Shown here one piece after another: positions 1 to 8,678 of a stretch of DNA of 53,494 nt. The translations under genes and the position numbers were made by a program. The number at the start of each line of letters is the position of its first letter. The first letter of the stretch is position 1. Location: the NCBI GenBank assembly GCA_003645695.1, contig QNBN01000001.1, positions 1 to 53,494 on the forward strand. Direction: 5' to 3'. The notes beneath the pieces were generated by a model, which saw nothing but the letters and a program-made list of their open reading frames with translations, was not told the origin of the DNA and did no database searches. This DNA is from Spirochaetota bacterium. GTDB taxonomy: Bacteria > Spirochaetota > B62-G9.

Positions 1-1869
1 GAGAAATACCTGAGAGAAGGGTTGCAGAGGCAGGATGAAATATATAAAAAAATAATGTCCAGGGTAAGAGAGAAACTAAATCAGAAGATACTTGATTCGC
101 TTGATATGGTATCAACCCTATTTAACCTTGAGAAGGTAAACATAGGACAATACAAAAATGAGGAAAGAGTTTTAAGTTATCTTCAAACAAATATAATTGC
201 ACCCCTTGACATCCTTTCATTCATGTTTAATACAGAATCTCTTAATAGAATATTGGAGAGTTCCTATAAAATAGGAAAAACCACGGGGAAGTTTCAGAAA
301 GTTGAGGGGGCTCTTATTGCAATAGAGCCAAAGACCGGATACATTACCGCAATGGTAGGTGGAAGAAAATTTTCACCGGACAATCAATTAAACAGGGCAG
401 TTCAAATAAGAAGACAGGTTGGTTCTGGTTTTAAACCGTACATCTATACTGCTGCAATAGATACAAAAATTTTTACACCTGCTTCTATTATTATGGATAG
501 CCCTGTGGTATTCTATGATGGAGAAAAAGAATGGATCCCGGAGAATTACGGTGGAATATATCATGGTAAAATGAGATTAAGAGATGCCCTAAGGAAATCA
601 ATAAATGTGGTAACAGCAAAAATTGTTGATAGACTTGGAGTTGATACTGTTATTAAGTACGCATCAAAAATTATCGGTATTACTGATCCAAAAGAGGTAA
701 AAAAAAGGTTTCCCCGTGTGCTTTCAATCGCCCTGGGAGTTGTTGAACTCTCACCTCTTGAGCAGGCAAGGGGTTTCGGTACTTTTGCAAACGGAGGAAA
801 GGCTGTTACACCCATATCTGTACTCTATGTCCTTGATAGAAACGGAAATCTTATTGACAACTTTGAAGAAAAGTTAAGGGAAAAACAGCTAAAGGAGAAT
901 AGTCAGGTTATATCTGAACAAACCAACTTTATAATGACTGATATGTTGCGAGATGTACTCAGGCCCGGAGGAACAGGATACAGGGCAGCTCATAGCAATG
1001 GGTTTGATAGGCCAGCCGGAGGAAAAACAGGAACCACTCAAAACTGGAAAGATGCATGGTTTACAGGATTTACGCCTGATCTAGTAACATGTGTATGGGT
1101 TGGATTCGATAGAAACAGTGTATCACTTGGGAGAGGACAGGCAGGAGGAGTTGTAGCCGGACCTATATGGGCAAAGTTTATGAGAGATGCACTTAAAGAC
1201 AAGCCTCCTTCATGGTTTGAAAGACCAAAGGGAATTTACGCTGTAAAAATCTGCAAAAAATCCGGACTTCTCCCAACAAAGTATTGCAAAGATGTTATGA
1301 CAGAATACTTTTTACCCGGTACTGTTCCAACGGAATACTGCAATGAATGTAAACCATCAAGAGGAAATGAATCTTTTAATCTGAACATCTTTAAAAAGAA
1401 AAAATCATCAACCACGAATTTTTTTAAAAAGAGTCTTAAGCCCAAAACCCCTGACTCATCAGTAACTGAAAATAAAGAAAATAACACTCAATTTAATAGA
1501 TCTCTTAATGGGACAGGCTCTAATTCTCTAAATCAGGATAATATTATTAATAATCCTTTACCGGAAGAAAATTATCAACAAAAATATAATGAAGAAACGA
1601 CACGAAACCAACCAGAACAAACCGCACCTATAAACGAGTCTTCTGAGAAACAAAAATCAACAGAAGAAAACACAAATCTTTCCAATCAACAGAAAGGAAA
1701 TGAACCAAATCAACCAAATCCGGAGCAGGAAATCCAGAATGAAACTAATCCTTCAGATACAAGTAATAATATTCAAAATAATGGTGAAGCGAACAACAAT
1801 AGAGCACAATCCACAGATACCCAGAACGGCGAATCTTTAAACAATACTGACTTAAATTCAAATCCATAG
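1..1869 (+). CDS. Class A penicillin-binding protein (PBP1A type), transpeptidase half; 5' end lies outside the window
   Basis: Frame 1 is open from base 1, and the track start at 22 is only an in-frame TTG. Transpeptidase motifs are present: SGFK (SxxK), SIN (SxN), KTGTT (KTG). IAIEPKTGYITAMVGG is typical of PBP1A. The last ~170 aa are N/Q/E/S/T low complexity. Confidence 0.9.
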   Translation, partial: EKYLREGLQRQDEIYKKIMSRVREKLNQKILDSLDMVSTLFNLEKVNIGQYKNEERVLSYLQTNIIAPLDILSFMFNTESLNRILESSYKIGKTTGKFQKVEGALIAIEPKTGYITAMVGGRKFSPDNQLNRAVQIRRQVGSGFKPYIYTAAIDTKIFTPASIIMDSPVVFYDGEKEWIPENYGGIYHGKMRLRDALRKSINVVTAKIVDRLGVDTVIKYASKIIGITDPKEVKKRFPRVLSIALGVVELSPLEQARGFGTFANGGKAVTPISVLYVLDRNGNLIDNFEEKLREKQLKENSQVISEQTNFIMTDMLRDVLRPGGTGYRAAHSNGFDRPAGGKTGTTQNWKDAWFTGFTPDLVTCVWVGFDRNSVSLGRGQAGGVVAGPIWAKFMRDALKDKPPSWFERPKGIYAVKICKKSGLLPTKYCKDVMTEYFLPGTVPTEYCNECKPSRGNESFNLNIFKKKKSSTTNFFKKSLKPKTPDSSVTENKENNTQFNRSLNGTGSNSLNQDNIINNPLPEENYQQKYNEETTRNQPEQTAPINESSEKQKSTEENTNLSNQQKGNEPNQPNPEQEIQNETNPSDTSNNIQNNGEANNNRAQSTDTQNGESLNNTDLNSNP

Positions 1870-1885
1870 ATTCAAGGAAGAAATA

Positions 1886-2674
1886 ATGTCCTACTTAAAT
1901 AAAAGAAAGGTAAGGTTTGTTTATTCAGGTTATTCAGACGGCTATACAAACATGTCTATAGATGAAGCAGTAATGATAAAGCTTCATAAAAACCAAAGTC
2001 TTCCTATATTGAGGATATACAAGTGGGACCCTCCTACAATATCAATTGGTTATTTTCAAAAATCAGAGGATATCAATTTTGATAGATGCAAAGAAGATGG
2101 AATATTGGTGGTAAGAAGACTTACAGGAGGAAGAGCAGTATTGCACGATATAGAACTTACATACAGTATTATATTCACCAAAGATGATTTTTCACCATTT
2201 AAAAAAAAGGAAATGTTCCAATACATAGCTAAAGCTCTGACTGCTTCACTGGAGGAGCTTGGAGTAAATGCAAAAATGGCTGAAAAATCGAGGGGAGATT
2301 TAAAATCAGCGAACTGTTTTGCTTCTCCGGCACAGTATGAAATTGAAACACCAGAAAAGCAAAAATTAATAGGAAGTGCTCAGGTTATAAAAGATGGTGT
2401 AATGCTTCAACATGGTGCAATTCCCATTACTACAGCATATTCACGTATAGATAGATATTTAAACAAGGATTCTGGGGCTATTAAAAGCTCCTCGGCGATT
2501 GCTGAAGTATCAGGTAAAAAAATATCCGAGAGTGAACTGCTTCATGCATTAAAAAGAGGATTTTCTCACTACTTTCCACTGTTCGACAGTACACTCACCG
2601 ATGAAGAGGAAGAATTAGCCCACTATCTTGCAAAAACTAAATATTCAACAGATGAGTGGAATAAAAAAAGGTGA
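1886..2674 (+). CDS. Lipoate-protein ligase / octanoyltransferase family protein (BPL_LplA_LipB catalytic domain)
   Basis: 262 aa. RRLTGGRAVLHD...ELTYS and KLIGSAQ resemble the LplA/LipB catalytic core. ATG is preceded by AAGGAAG. Confidence 0.7.
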   Translation: MSYLNKRKVRFVYSGYSDGYTNMSIDEAVMIKLHKNQSLPILRIYKWDPPTISIGYFQKSEDINFDRCKEDGILVVRRLTGGRAVLHDIELTYSIIFTKDDFSPFKKKEMFQYIAKALTASLEELGVNAKMAEKSRGDLKSANCFASPAQYEIETPEKQKLIGSAQVIKDGVMLQHGAIPITTAYSRIDRYLNKDSGAIKSSSAIAEVSGKKISESELLHALKRGFSHYFPLFDSTLTDEEEELAHYLAKTKYSTDEWNKKR

Positions 2675-2775
2675 AAACCCTATTATCAACATTTACTATC
2701 AATAAAATAATTTATTTTACCTGGTGTTAGCACTATACAACTATAATGATGGTTTAAAAGTTGAAGTTTTATTTT

Positions 2776-3423
2776 TTACTCTTGATTGGATTGTTTCTTT
2801 CTCTTATTCTTCACAATTCTGTACATCTCATAGAGGTTTTTTACTACTATTCTATCCTCAAATATCTGAATTTTCCCGGCGTTTGCAAAGTTTCTAAGTA
2901 CCTCTTTTACTTTATTTTCTTTTTCCCCGCACCAATGAGCTATTTCCTCTACTGTACTATTGAACGTAACAGGTTCCGTTGTTTTTGGAGAAATACCTTG
3001 ATTTTCAGCCAGCATTAAAAAAACATCACATACTTTTGACTCAACATCAGGCAGAGTTAGTATCATTAAACGTCTCTTGGCATCATATATACGGTTTGAA
3101 AATATTTTCAACAATTTAACAGCCATCTGGGGGTTCGCCTGCAGTAGTAAGTTAAAATTCTCTTTATTAAACTTTAATACTTTTACCTTGTCAATAGCTA
3201 CAGCCGTTGCACTTCGTGGTTGATTTTCTAAAATAGCCATCTCCCCAAAAATATCACCGGGTTGAAGAATATCCAGGGTTTTTTCCATATCCCCGACTAT
3301 TTTTGTCACTCTAACCCTGCCTTCCTGCAATAGGTAAAATTCATTACCCGGCTCATATTCGCAGAATATTATATCTCCTGGCTGATATGTAACTCCAAAT
3401 TTACTGAACATACCATTATCCAT
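2776..3423 (-). CDS. Crp/Fnr-family transcriptional regulator (cNMP-binding domain plus C-terminal HTH)
   Basis: 215 aa. Cyclic-nucleotide-binding beta-roll signature (GDIFGEMAIL...PRSATAVA) followed by a Crp-type HTH-like C-terminus (VEEIAHWCGEKENKVKEVLRNF). Confidence 0.8.
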   Translation of the reverse strand: MDNGMFSKFGVTYQPGDIIFCEYEPGNEFYLLQEGRVRVTKIVGDMEKTLDILQPGDIFGEMAILENQPRSATAVAIDKVKVLKFNKENFNLLLQANPQMAVKLLKIFSNRIYDAKRRLMILTLPDVESKVCDVFLMLAENQGISPKTTEPVTFNSTVEEIAHWCGEKENKVKEVLRNFANAGKIQIFEDRIVVKNLYEMYRIVKNKRKKQSNQE

Positions 3424-3444
3424 GGTTTTGCTTTACCTCTAAAA

Positions 3445-4521
3445 CTATTTTTTTAAACTAGCAAGCTCTTTTTTTGCTCTTCTGTCTATCGGACTCTCAG
3501 GTAGCATCTTAAGAACTTTATTAAAAAAGGATGCTGCCTTTTCAGTATCTCCCAACTTTTTGTAGGCAATACCGATATTAAAGAGGGCATCTTTAAGGTT
3601 TTCATCTTTTGGAAATCTTTTTATAAGATTTGTAAATACAAGAATTGCTTCTTTATACTTTTTCATAGCTAGTAGGCATCTTCCCATTTCAAACTCGATC
3701 TTGGGTATATATTCCTGTGCTTTCTCGTTTAAGGAACTTGAGCTATGCAGAGCTTTAAATAATCTATAAGCCTCTTCATATTTTTCCTGTGAGAATAAAC
3801 TAACAGCATCGTAGAATTTTGTATCTATGTCAATATCTGCGACCTTTTTTGATGAAGACTTTTCACCTGTTTTTTTTCCTCCAACCGTTCCTATTCCCTG
3901 AGACTTATCCTCCTGATTCTTTTCACTCTGATTATTTTCTAAGGGTGATTCCTTTGATATATCGGTATAGGATATACTTTTACCATCCATAGCATCCATA
4001 ACAGCTTCGAGCCTATCCCTTGCCTTTGCTGCATATGAGCCATTTGGATAATGTTTAAGATAGGTTTCGTAAACATACTTTGCTTGTTTATATTTATGAT
4101 TTTTTAGATAATACTCACCAATATTAAATAGTTCAGTTTCATTATCCCCACCCGAAGAATGATCAAGAAAGCTGTGAACCAGTTTACCAACCCTTCTTAA
4201 TTGATTACTGAACACCCTTAAAAAGTTTGTAATTATCTTTATATTCTTAGTAATTAATTTCTCAAATTCTTCTGTAGTTAAAACCAGAACCTGTGAATCT
4301 TTTACTACTACTGCAGTTTCCTCTCTGGGCCGTCTCGCAAGAGCTGATTTAACGCCAAAGAATTCTCCGTTCTTAAGCGTTTCCCTGACCTCTTCTCCGG
4401 TTTCAATCGAATGATAAACTAGGTCTACAGCCCCTGATTTAAGAATATAGATCTGATCTCCTATATCACCAACAAAATAGATGATCGATCCAGCTTTATA
4501 ATTTCTTAAGATCCCAGGCAC
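3445..4521 (-). CDS. Cyclic-nucleotide-binding domain protein with C-terminal TPR repeats
   Basis: 358 aa with a GTG start. N-terminal cNMP-binding signature (GEFFGVKSALARRPREETAVV). A low-complexity linker is followed by TPR-like repeats (YKQAKYVYETYLKHYP, YEEAYRLFKAL, YKEAILVFTNLIKRFP, GDTEKAASFFNKVLKMLP). It ends 21 nt upstream of the Crp-like gene. Confidence 0.75.
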   Translation of the reverse strand: MPGILRNYKAGSIIYFVGDIGDQIYILKSGAVDLVYHSIETGEEVRETLKNGEFFGVKSALARRPREETAVVVKDSQVLVLTTEEFEKLITKNIKIITNFLRVFSNQLRRVGKLVHSFLDHSSGGDNETELFNIGEYYLKNHKYKQAKYVYETYLKHYPNGSYAAKARDRLEAVMDAMDGKSISYTDISKESPLENNQSEKNQEDKSQGIGTVGGKKTGEKSSSKKVADIDIDTKFYDAVSLFSQEKYEEAYRLFKALHSSSSLNEKAQEYIPKIEFEMGRCLLAMKKYKEAILVFTNLIKRFPKDENLKDALFNIGIAYKKLGDTEKAASFFNKVLKMLPESPIDRRAKKELASLKK

Positions 4522-4650
4522 TTTCTAATCCCAATAAAGTTTATTTATTTTAATAATATCGCATTTTAAATACTGACCTATCAAATCATAGGGTTTAGTT
4601 AATAGGTAAATCTCTAATTATAAATGTAAAATTTAAAATAGACGTAAAAC

Positions 4651-4700
4651 GAATAGGCGAATCAAGATTTTTATTGTGATTAAATGTCTGATAGCCTATT
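4651..4700. repeat. Copy of the GAATAGGC-N35-GCCTATT hairpin element
   Basis: GAATAGGC at 4651-4658 and its complement GCCTATT at 4694-4700. The offset is 43 nt, the same as in the copies at 8415 and 23686. The right arm overlaps the stop codon of the amidohydrolase gene. Confidence 0.5.
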
Positions 4701-5916
4701 GTATAGGCAAAAATGGTAACTTCTTTTTATACCCAATATTTTTCCAGATGTCATTCATAAGTTTTGTTGGGCTTCCTACAATTAGTTTATTTTTACTATC
4801 AACGGTTATTCGTTCATGGTCTACTTCCAAAGCATTGAATAATTGAGCAAAGTTCTCATCTCCATAAATGGGCTTTCCTTCCATTATTACAAGAGCAATA
4901 TCTGAGAGTTTTGCATTAACCAGAGAACTGTAGGGGTTATCATAAGTTTTCGATATTAGCAATAGATCAGCTTTTTTCCCCTTTTCAATCGACCCCAGAT
5001 CTTTTTGTATCCTAAGGGCTTTTGCTGGATTTACCGTTATCATTCTTACAACCTCTTTGTCATCCAGTTCTTCTCCATACATCTCATAATAAACCTTCTT
5101 TGCAAATCTTATCTCTTCAAGAATATTTATCTCACCGGAGGAAGGAGAATCTGTTCCTATAGAAACATTAATTCCTTCTTTTAGAATATCCTTTATTTTT
5201 GCAGTACGATTGAACATAAACATATTAGAACCTGGACACCAGACAAAGTTTGCTTTTCTCTTCGCCACAAGCTTAATATCATTTTCATTAAATCCAATTC
5301 CATGAATAAGGATTGTATATTCGCTCAAAGCTCCATGCTCTTCAAGGATTTCTATTCCTTTTAAGGATTCTACATCAAATCCCTCTTCCACATGGGTTAT
5401 ATAAGGAATATCATTCTCTACCGCCTTTTTGTACTCTACATCAATACCATCTCCCCATTTTAAATCATAAACAGAAACCTCATGAGAAAGAGAATAATCT
5501 TTAATAACCCGGATTGGTAATTTTTCAATAAAAGGATCATTTACCTTATGGGGAATATGGTCCTGAACAGTTGTAACACCTGAAATTAAATTCTTATATG
5601 ACCCTAAAAGATAAATTTCATATGCACTATTTTTATTTCTCTCTTCATATATGGGTGAACTTTTTAAATCATAATCCCATGGAAGCCAGCAGATGTATGG
5701 TCCATTACCAATCTTCGGGTAGTAAGTTCCAAATAAATGATCATGGATGTTTATTAATGCTGGAAATAGAAAATACCCATCACCTATTGTAAAATCATTT
5801 TGGGAGGACTTCTTAAACTCTTTAATTCTACCGTTGGATATTTTTAAACTAACATCTCCTTTTACAGTCTCAGGTGTAGCCATTGTGATTGAGCTAAGAG
5901 AATACTCAGTAATCAT
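4696..5916 (-). CDS. Amidohydrolase-superfamily metal-dependent hydrolase (substrate unknown)
   Basis: 406 aa. HxH metal motif (INIHDHL), later His residues (ITHVEEG, ILIHGIG) and a late Asp (SIGTDSP), as in the amidohydrolase TIM-barrel family. Confidence 0.75.
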   Translation of the reverse strand: MITEYSLSSITMATPETVKGDVSLKISNGRIKEFKKSSQNDFTIGDGYFLFPALINIHDHLFGTYYPKIGNGPYICWLPWDYDLKSSPIYEERNKNSAYEIYLLGSYKNLISGVTTVQDHIPHKVNDPFIEKLPIRVIKDYSLSHEVSVYDLKWGDGIDVEYKKAVENDIPYITHVEEGFDVESLKGIEILEEHGALSEYTILIHGIGFNENDIKLVAKRKANFVWCPGSNMFMFNRTAKIKDILKEGINVSIGTDSPSSGEINILEEIRFAKKVYYEMYGEELDDKEVVRMITVNPAKALRIQKDLGSIEKGKKADLLLISKTYDNPYSSLVNAKLSDIALVIMEGKPIYGDENFAQLFNALEVDHERITVDSKNKLIVGSPTKLMNDIWKNIGYKKKLPFLPIQ

Positions 5917-6046
5917 ACTGTAGTTTCCTTACATTTGAATTAAGAAATTATATTTGCATAAGAAATCATAGTCAATATAATTATCCTTTAACTTAATTAT
6001 ACACATTATTTATGTTTAATTCAAAAATTTTAATATTAATAAAAAT

Positions 6047-6079
6047 GGCTAAGCTACTTTTTCTCGTCCCAGCTTAGCC
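6047..6079 (-). terminator. Orphan intrinsic-terminator-like hairpin with no ORF of 60 aa or more immediately upstream
   Basis: GGCTAAGCT (6047-6055) pairs with AGCTTAGCC (6071-6079): 9-bp perfect stem, 15-nt loop. On the minus strand it is followed by ATTTTTATTAATATT. Confidence 0.45.
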
Positions 6080-6196
6080 TATTTCAAAATATATACCCTT
6101 AAAAGATTACCTCTTATACACTTATCGGTTACTCGGTTTCAGTTCTTTAATTAGGTTTTATCTATTAGTAATATTTTGGTTCTTTGTATTGAAATT

Positions 6197-6353
6197 TTAT
6201 ATATGAGTTCGTTCTAAAAACTATTTTTATCATTTTTTAAAAAAAAGGTCTAATTGATAACTCTTTAGTATATAAGCAATTATATATCATGTATTATGTG
6301 AAAATTATAAAAAATAACAATTTAAGGCCTTTTTAGAATGGACTCATATATAA
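6197..6353. repeat. 157-bp element bounded by 24-bp inverted repeats (22/24 match)
   Basis: TTATATATGAGTTCGTTCTAAAAA (6197-6220) versus the reverse complement of 6330-6353, TTATATATGAGTCCATTCTAAAAA. An inner AAAAAGG(T/CC)CT..AATTG segment also recurs in inverted orientation. No other copy is seen in this window. Confidence 0.6.
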
Positions 6354-6425
6354 CTTAAACACCAAAATTTTCAATAATATCTGACACCGAGCTTAATTAA
6401 GGCTTTATAATAAAATCAAATTATA

Positions 6426-6444
6426 AGCTTCAACAAAAGAAGCT
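6426..6444 (-). terminator. Putative intrinsic terminator of apt
   Basis: AGCTTC/GAAGCT 6-bp stem with a 7-nt loop overlapping the apt stop codon. On the minus strand it is followed by TATAATTTGATTTTATT. Confidence 0.45.
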
Positions 6445-6961
6445 AAGCATCTTGATATTTAACAAGTGAAAAAACCGGAGCGTCTATTTTTTTTCTACCG
6501 TTAAGAGGTTCAAGTTCCACAATAAAAGCCGCCTCAATTATATTTCCTCCTAATTTTTTTACCAATTCAATGATAGCTCCCATTGTTCCACCTGTTGCCA
6601 GAAGATCATCCACTACGAGGATATTCTCCCCTTGTTTAATTGCATCTTCATGCATCTCAAGGCTATCTGTACCATACTCCAGTTCATACACAACATTTAT
6701 TTTCTTATACGGTAATTTTCCTTTTTTTCTGACAGGTACAAAACCAGCATTTAATAAATATGCAAGAGGGCTCGCAATTATAAACCCTCTCGATTCTGCC
6801 CCAACAACCTTATCTATTTTTTTATCCCTATATCTCTGGTATAAAAGATCAATTGATTCTTTAAAGGCCTTATTATCCTTCCATAGAGTTGTAATATCTT
6901 TAAACTGAATACCTGGTTTGGGGAAATCTGGGACATTTCTAATGTACTCTTTAAGATTCAT
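6443..6961 (-). CDS. apt: Adenine phosphoribosyltransferase
   Basis: 172 aa. N-terminal IRNVPDFPKPGIQFKDIT and PRPP-binding loop ILVVDDLLATGGT are diagnostic of Apt. Confidence 0.93.
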   Translation of the reverse strand: MNLKEYIRNVPDFPKPGIQFKDITTLWKDNKAFKESIDLLYQRYRDKKIDKVVGAESRGFIIASPLAYLLNAGFVPVRKKGKLPYKKINVVYELEYGTDSLEMHEDAIKQGENILVVDDLLATGGTMGAIIELVKKLGGNIIEAAFIVELEPLNGRKKIDAPVFSLVKYQDA

Positions 6962-7226
6962 ATTAAATTATACTCCTTTCACTATTTTGTTTCTATAACT
7001 TTATATGTATAATATTGCCACATCCTGCTTTGGAAAACAAAAAAATATAGAAAATTGAGCTAAAATGAAGTATTTTTTTTATGCAATTCTTTATAAATAA
7101 TCATATTCAAATAGAAAAGGTAATATTTGAATAGAAAAATGATTTTAACCGCACAGGTTCTATCAACCGTAATTTTAACTTATAAACAAGGACAACATTA
7201 GCATAAAAGGCAGTCGTAAAAAGATA

Positions 7227-8204
7227 CTACTGGTCTGAAATAAATTCTTTAAGCTCATTGGTAAGTTGAAAATTCTTCAATTTCTGAAGCGTACTTTTTT
7301 GGATTTGCCTCACTCTTTCCCGGGTTATTCCGAGGATTTTACCCGTCTCTTCAAGAGTATAGGGGCCCTCTCCATCGAGCCCAAACCTGAGCTCTATTAT
7401 TCTTTTTTCTCTTAAACTCAATTTATTCAATATCTGCTTTATCATTTTTTGAAGTGATGCAAAAAATATCTTTTCTTCATACTCCAAACCTTTCACATCT
7501 TCAATTAGGTCTCCCAATTCTGAAGAACCGTCAAGGTTAACCGGTGACTCTATTGAGCCAGGTTCTTGATCTATATTCAATATACTGATTATTTTATCTT
7601 TTGGTAATCCAAGATATTTAGCTAGTTCATTTGGGGTAGGTTCTCTCCCATATTTCTGTGTTAATTGCTTCGATACAAAATAGCACTTTTTAATGGTGTT
7701 AAGCATGTGAACAGGCAATCTTATCAACCTTCCTTTATCTGCAATAGCTTTTATAATTGATTGTCTTATCCACCATGTACTATAGGTACTAAACTTAAAC
7801 CCTTTAGTATAATCAAACCTATCAACTGCTTCAATTAATCCAATATTACCTTCATCAATTAAATCTATCAAACTCAAACCTCTATGTTGATACTTTTTTG
7901 CAATACTAACTACTAATCTCAAATTAGCATTTACAACTTTATTTTTAATATTAATTAGTTTATCCTCATATTGTTTCTTTTGAGATAAATACTCCTTTTT
8001 ATTTAATTTTTTCTGGTGATACAACTCTTCCAGTTCTTTTAATTTATTTTTAAGATATTTTATTTCTATATAACAGTTCTTCTCCTCATCAGGTTTCATC
8101 ATTGGGATTTTGCTTATATGTTTCAAATAGTAAGCAAGGGGATCATCCCCTTCTTCTGAATACTCATTGTGGGATAAACCATAATCTTCTTTATCAAATT
8201 CCAT
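7227..8204 (-). CDS. RNA polymerase sigma factor, sigma-70 family (compact RpoD/RpoS-like, regions 2-4)
   Basis: Region 2 ([50 protein letters not shown]) and region 4 HTH ([21 protein letters not shown]). I prefer the ATG at 8204 (GGAGAG upstream) over the track TTG at 8228. Confidence 0.85.
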   Translation of the reverse strand: MEFDKEDYGLSHNEYSEEGDDPLAYYLKHISKIPMMKPDEEKNCYIEIKYLKNKLKELEELYHQKKLNKKEYLSQKKQYEDKLINIKNKVVNANLRLVVSIAKKYQHRGLSLIDLIDEGNIGLIEAVDRFDYTKGFKFSTYSTWWIRQSIIKAIADKGRLIRLPVHMLNTIKKCYFVSKQLTQKYGREPTPNELAKYLGLPKDKIISILNIDQEPGSIESPVNLDGSSELGDLIEDVKGLEYEEKIFFASLQKMIKQILNKLSLREKRIIELRFGLDGEGPYTLEETGKILGITRERVRQIQKSTLQKLKNFQLTNELKEFISDQ

Positions 8205-8414
8205 AAGATAATTTTCTCTCCAATACAAAATTGCTAACTTTAATTCTTTACCTGCATCTCAGAACAAATGCTGCTTACATATTATAGATTTGTTAATTTC
8301 CTTAAAAAATAAGCGATGTATGGGATAAAAAATTACTTTTTAAATTCAACTTTAATTTTACTTTTAAAAATAAATCAGAAGGAAGCTATAAACAAAGGCT
8401 ATATTTTATCTAAT

Positions 8415-8465
8415 GAATAGGCAAGTGAACTTTCAATCATGATAAAAAACTTACTTTGCCTATTC
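8415..8465. repeat. Best copy of the GAATAGGC-N35-GCCTATTC hairpin element
   Basis: GAATAGGCAAGT (8415-8426) pairs with ACTTTGCCTATTC (8453-8465): 12-bp stem with a one-T bulge. The offset between arm starts is 43 nt. Confidence 0.6.
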
Positions 8466-8678
8466 GATTTATACCTATAAAAAATTATATTTAAGTGGCC
8501 TTGAATATTTTAGTATTCTAATTAAACATCAAATTCTGGTACAAAATACCACAATTTTTATGAATAAAACCATAATTTAATTAAAATATAATATCTTTTC
8601 CATGTTTATAAAAAACATTACATGATTTTATTATGAACCAGTCAGCTTAATAAATTCCCAATTATTGGTTTACCTATT

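Noticed and set aside
561-815. Antisense or alternative-frame ORFs listed in the track inside longer genes. Examples: 561-815, 1236-1487, 5313-5504, 5598-5792, 6570-6908, 10330-10536, 11199-11444, 12317-13072, 13826-14486, 21876-22319, 23070-23492, 24767-25243, 37224-38661, 45760-47435, 52159-52671.
   Set aside because: Each lies wholly within a longer ORF that carries clear family motifs. Their products are low-complexity or hydrophobic strings typical of shadow frames in AT-rich DNA, and none has an RBS.
2761-3018. 85-aa plus-strand hydrophobic ORF after the lipoate-ligase-like gene
   Set aside because: It is antisense to the 3' end of the well-supported Crp-family gene and has no RBS.
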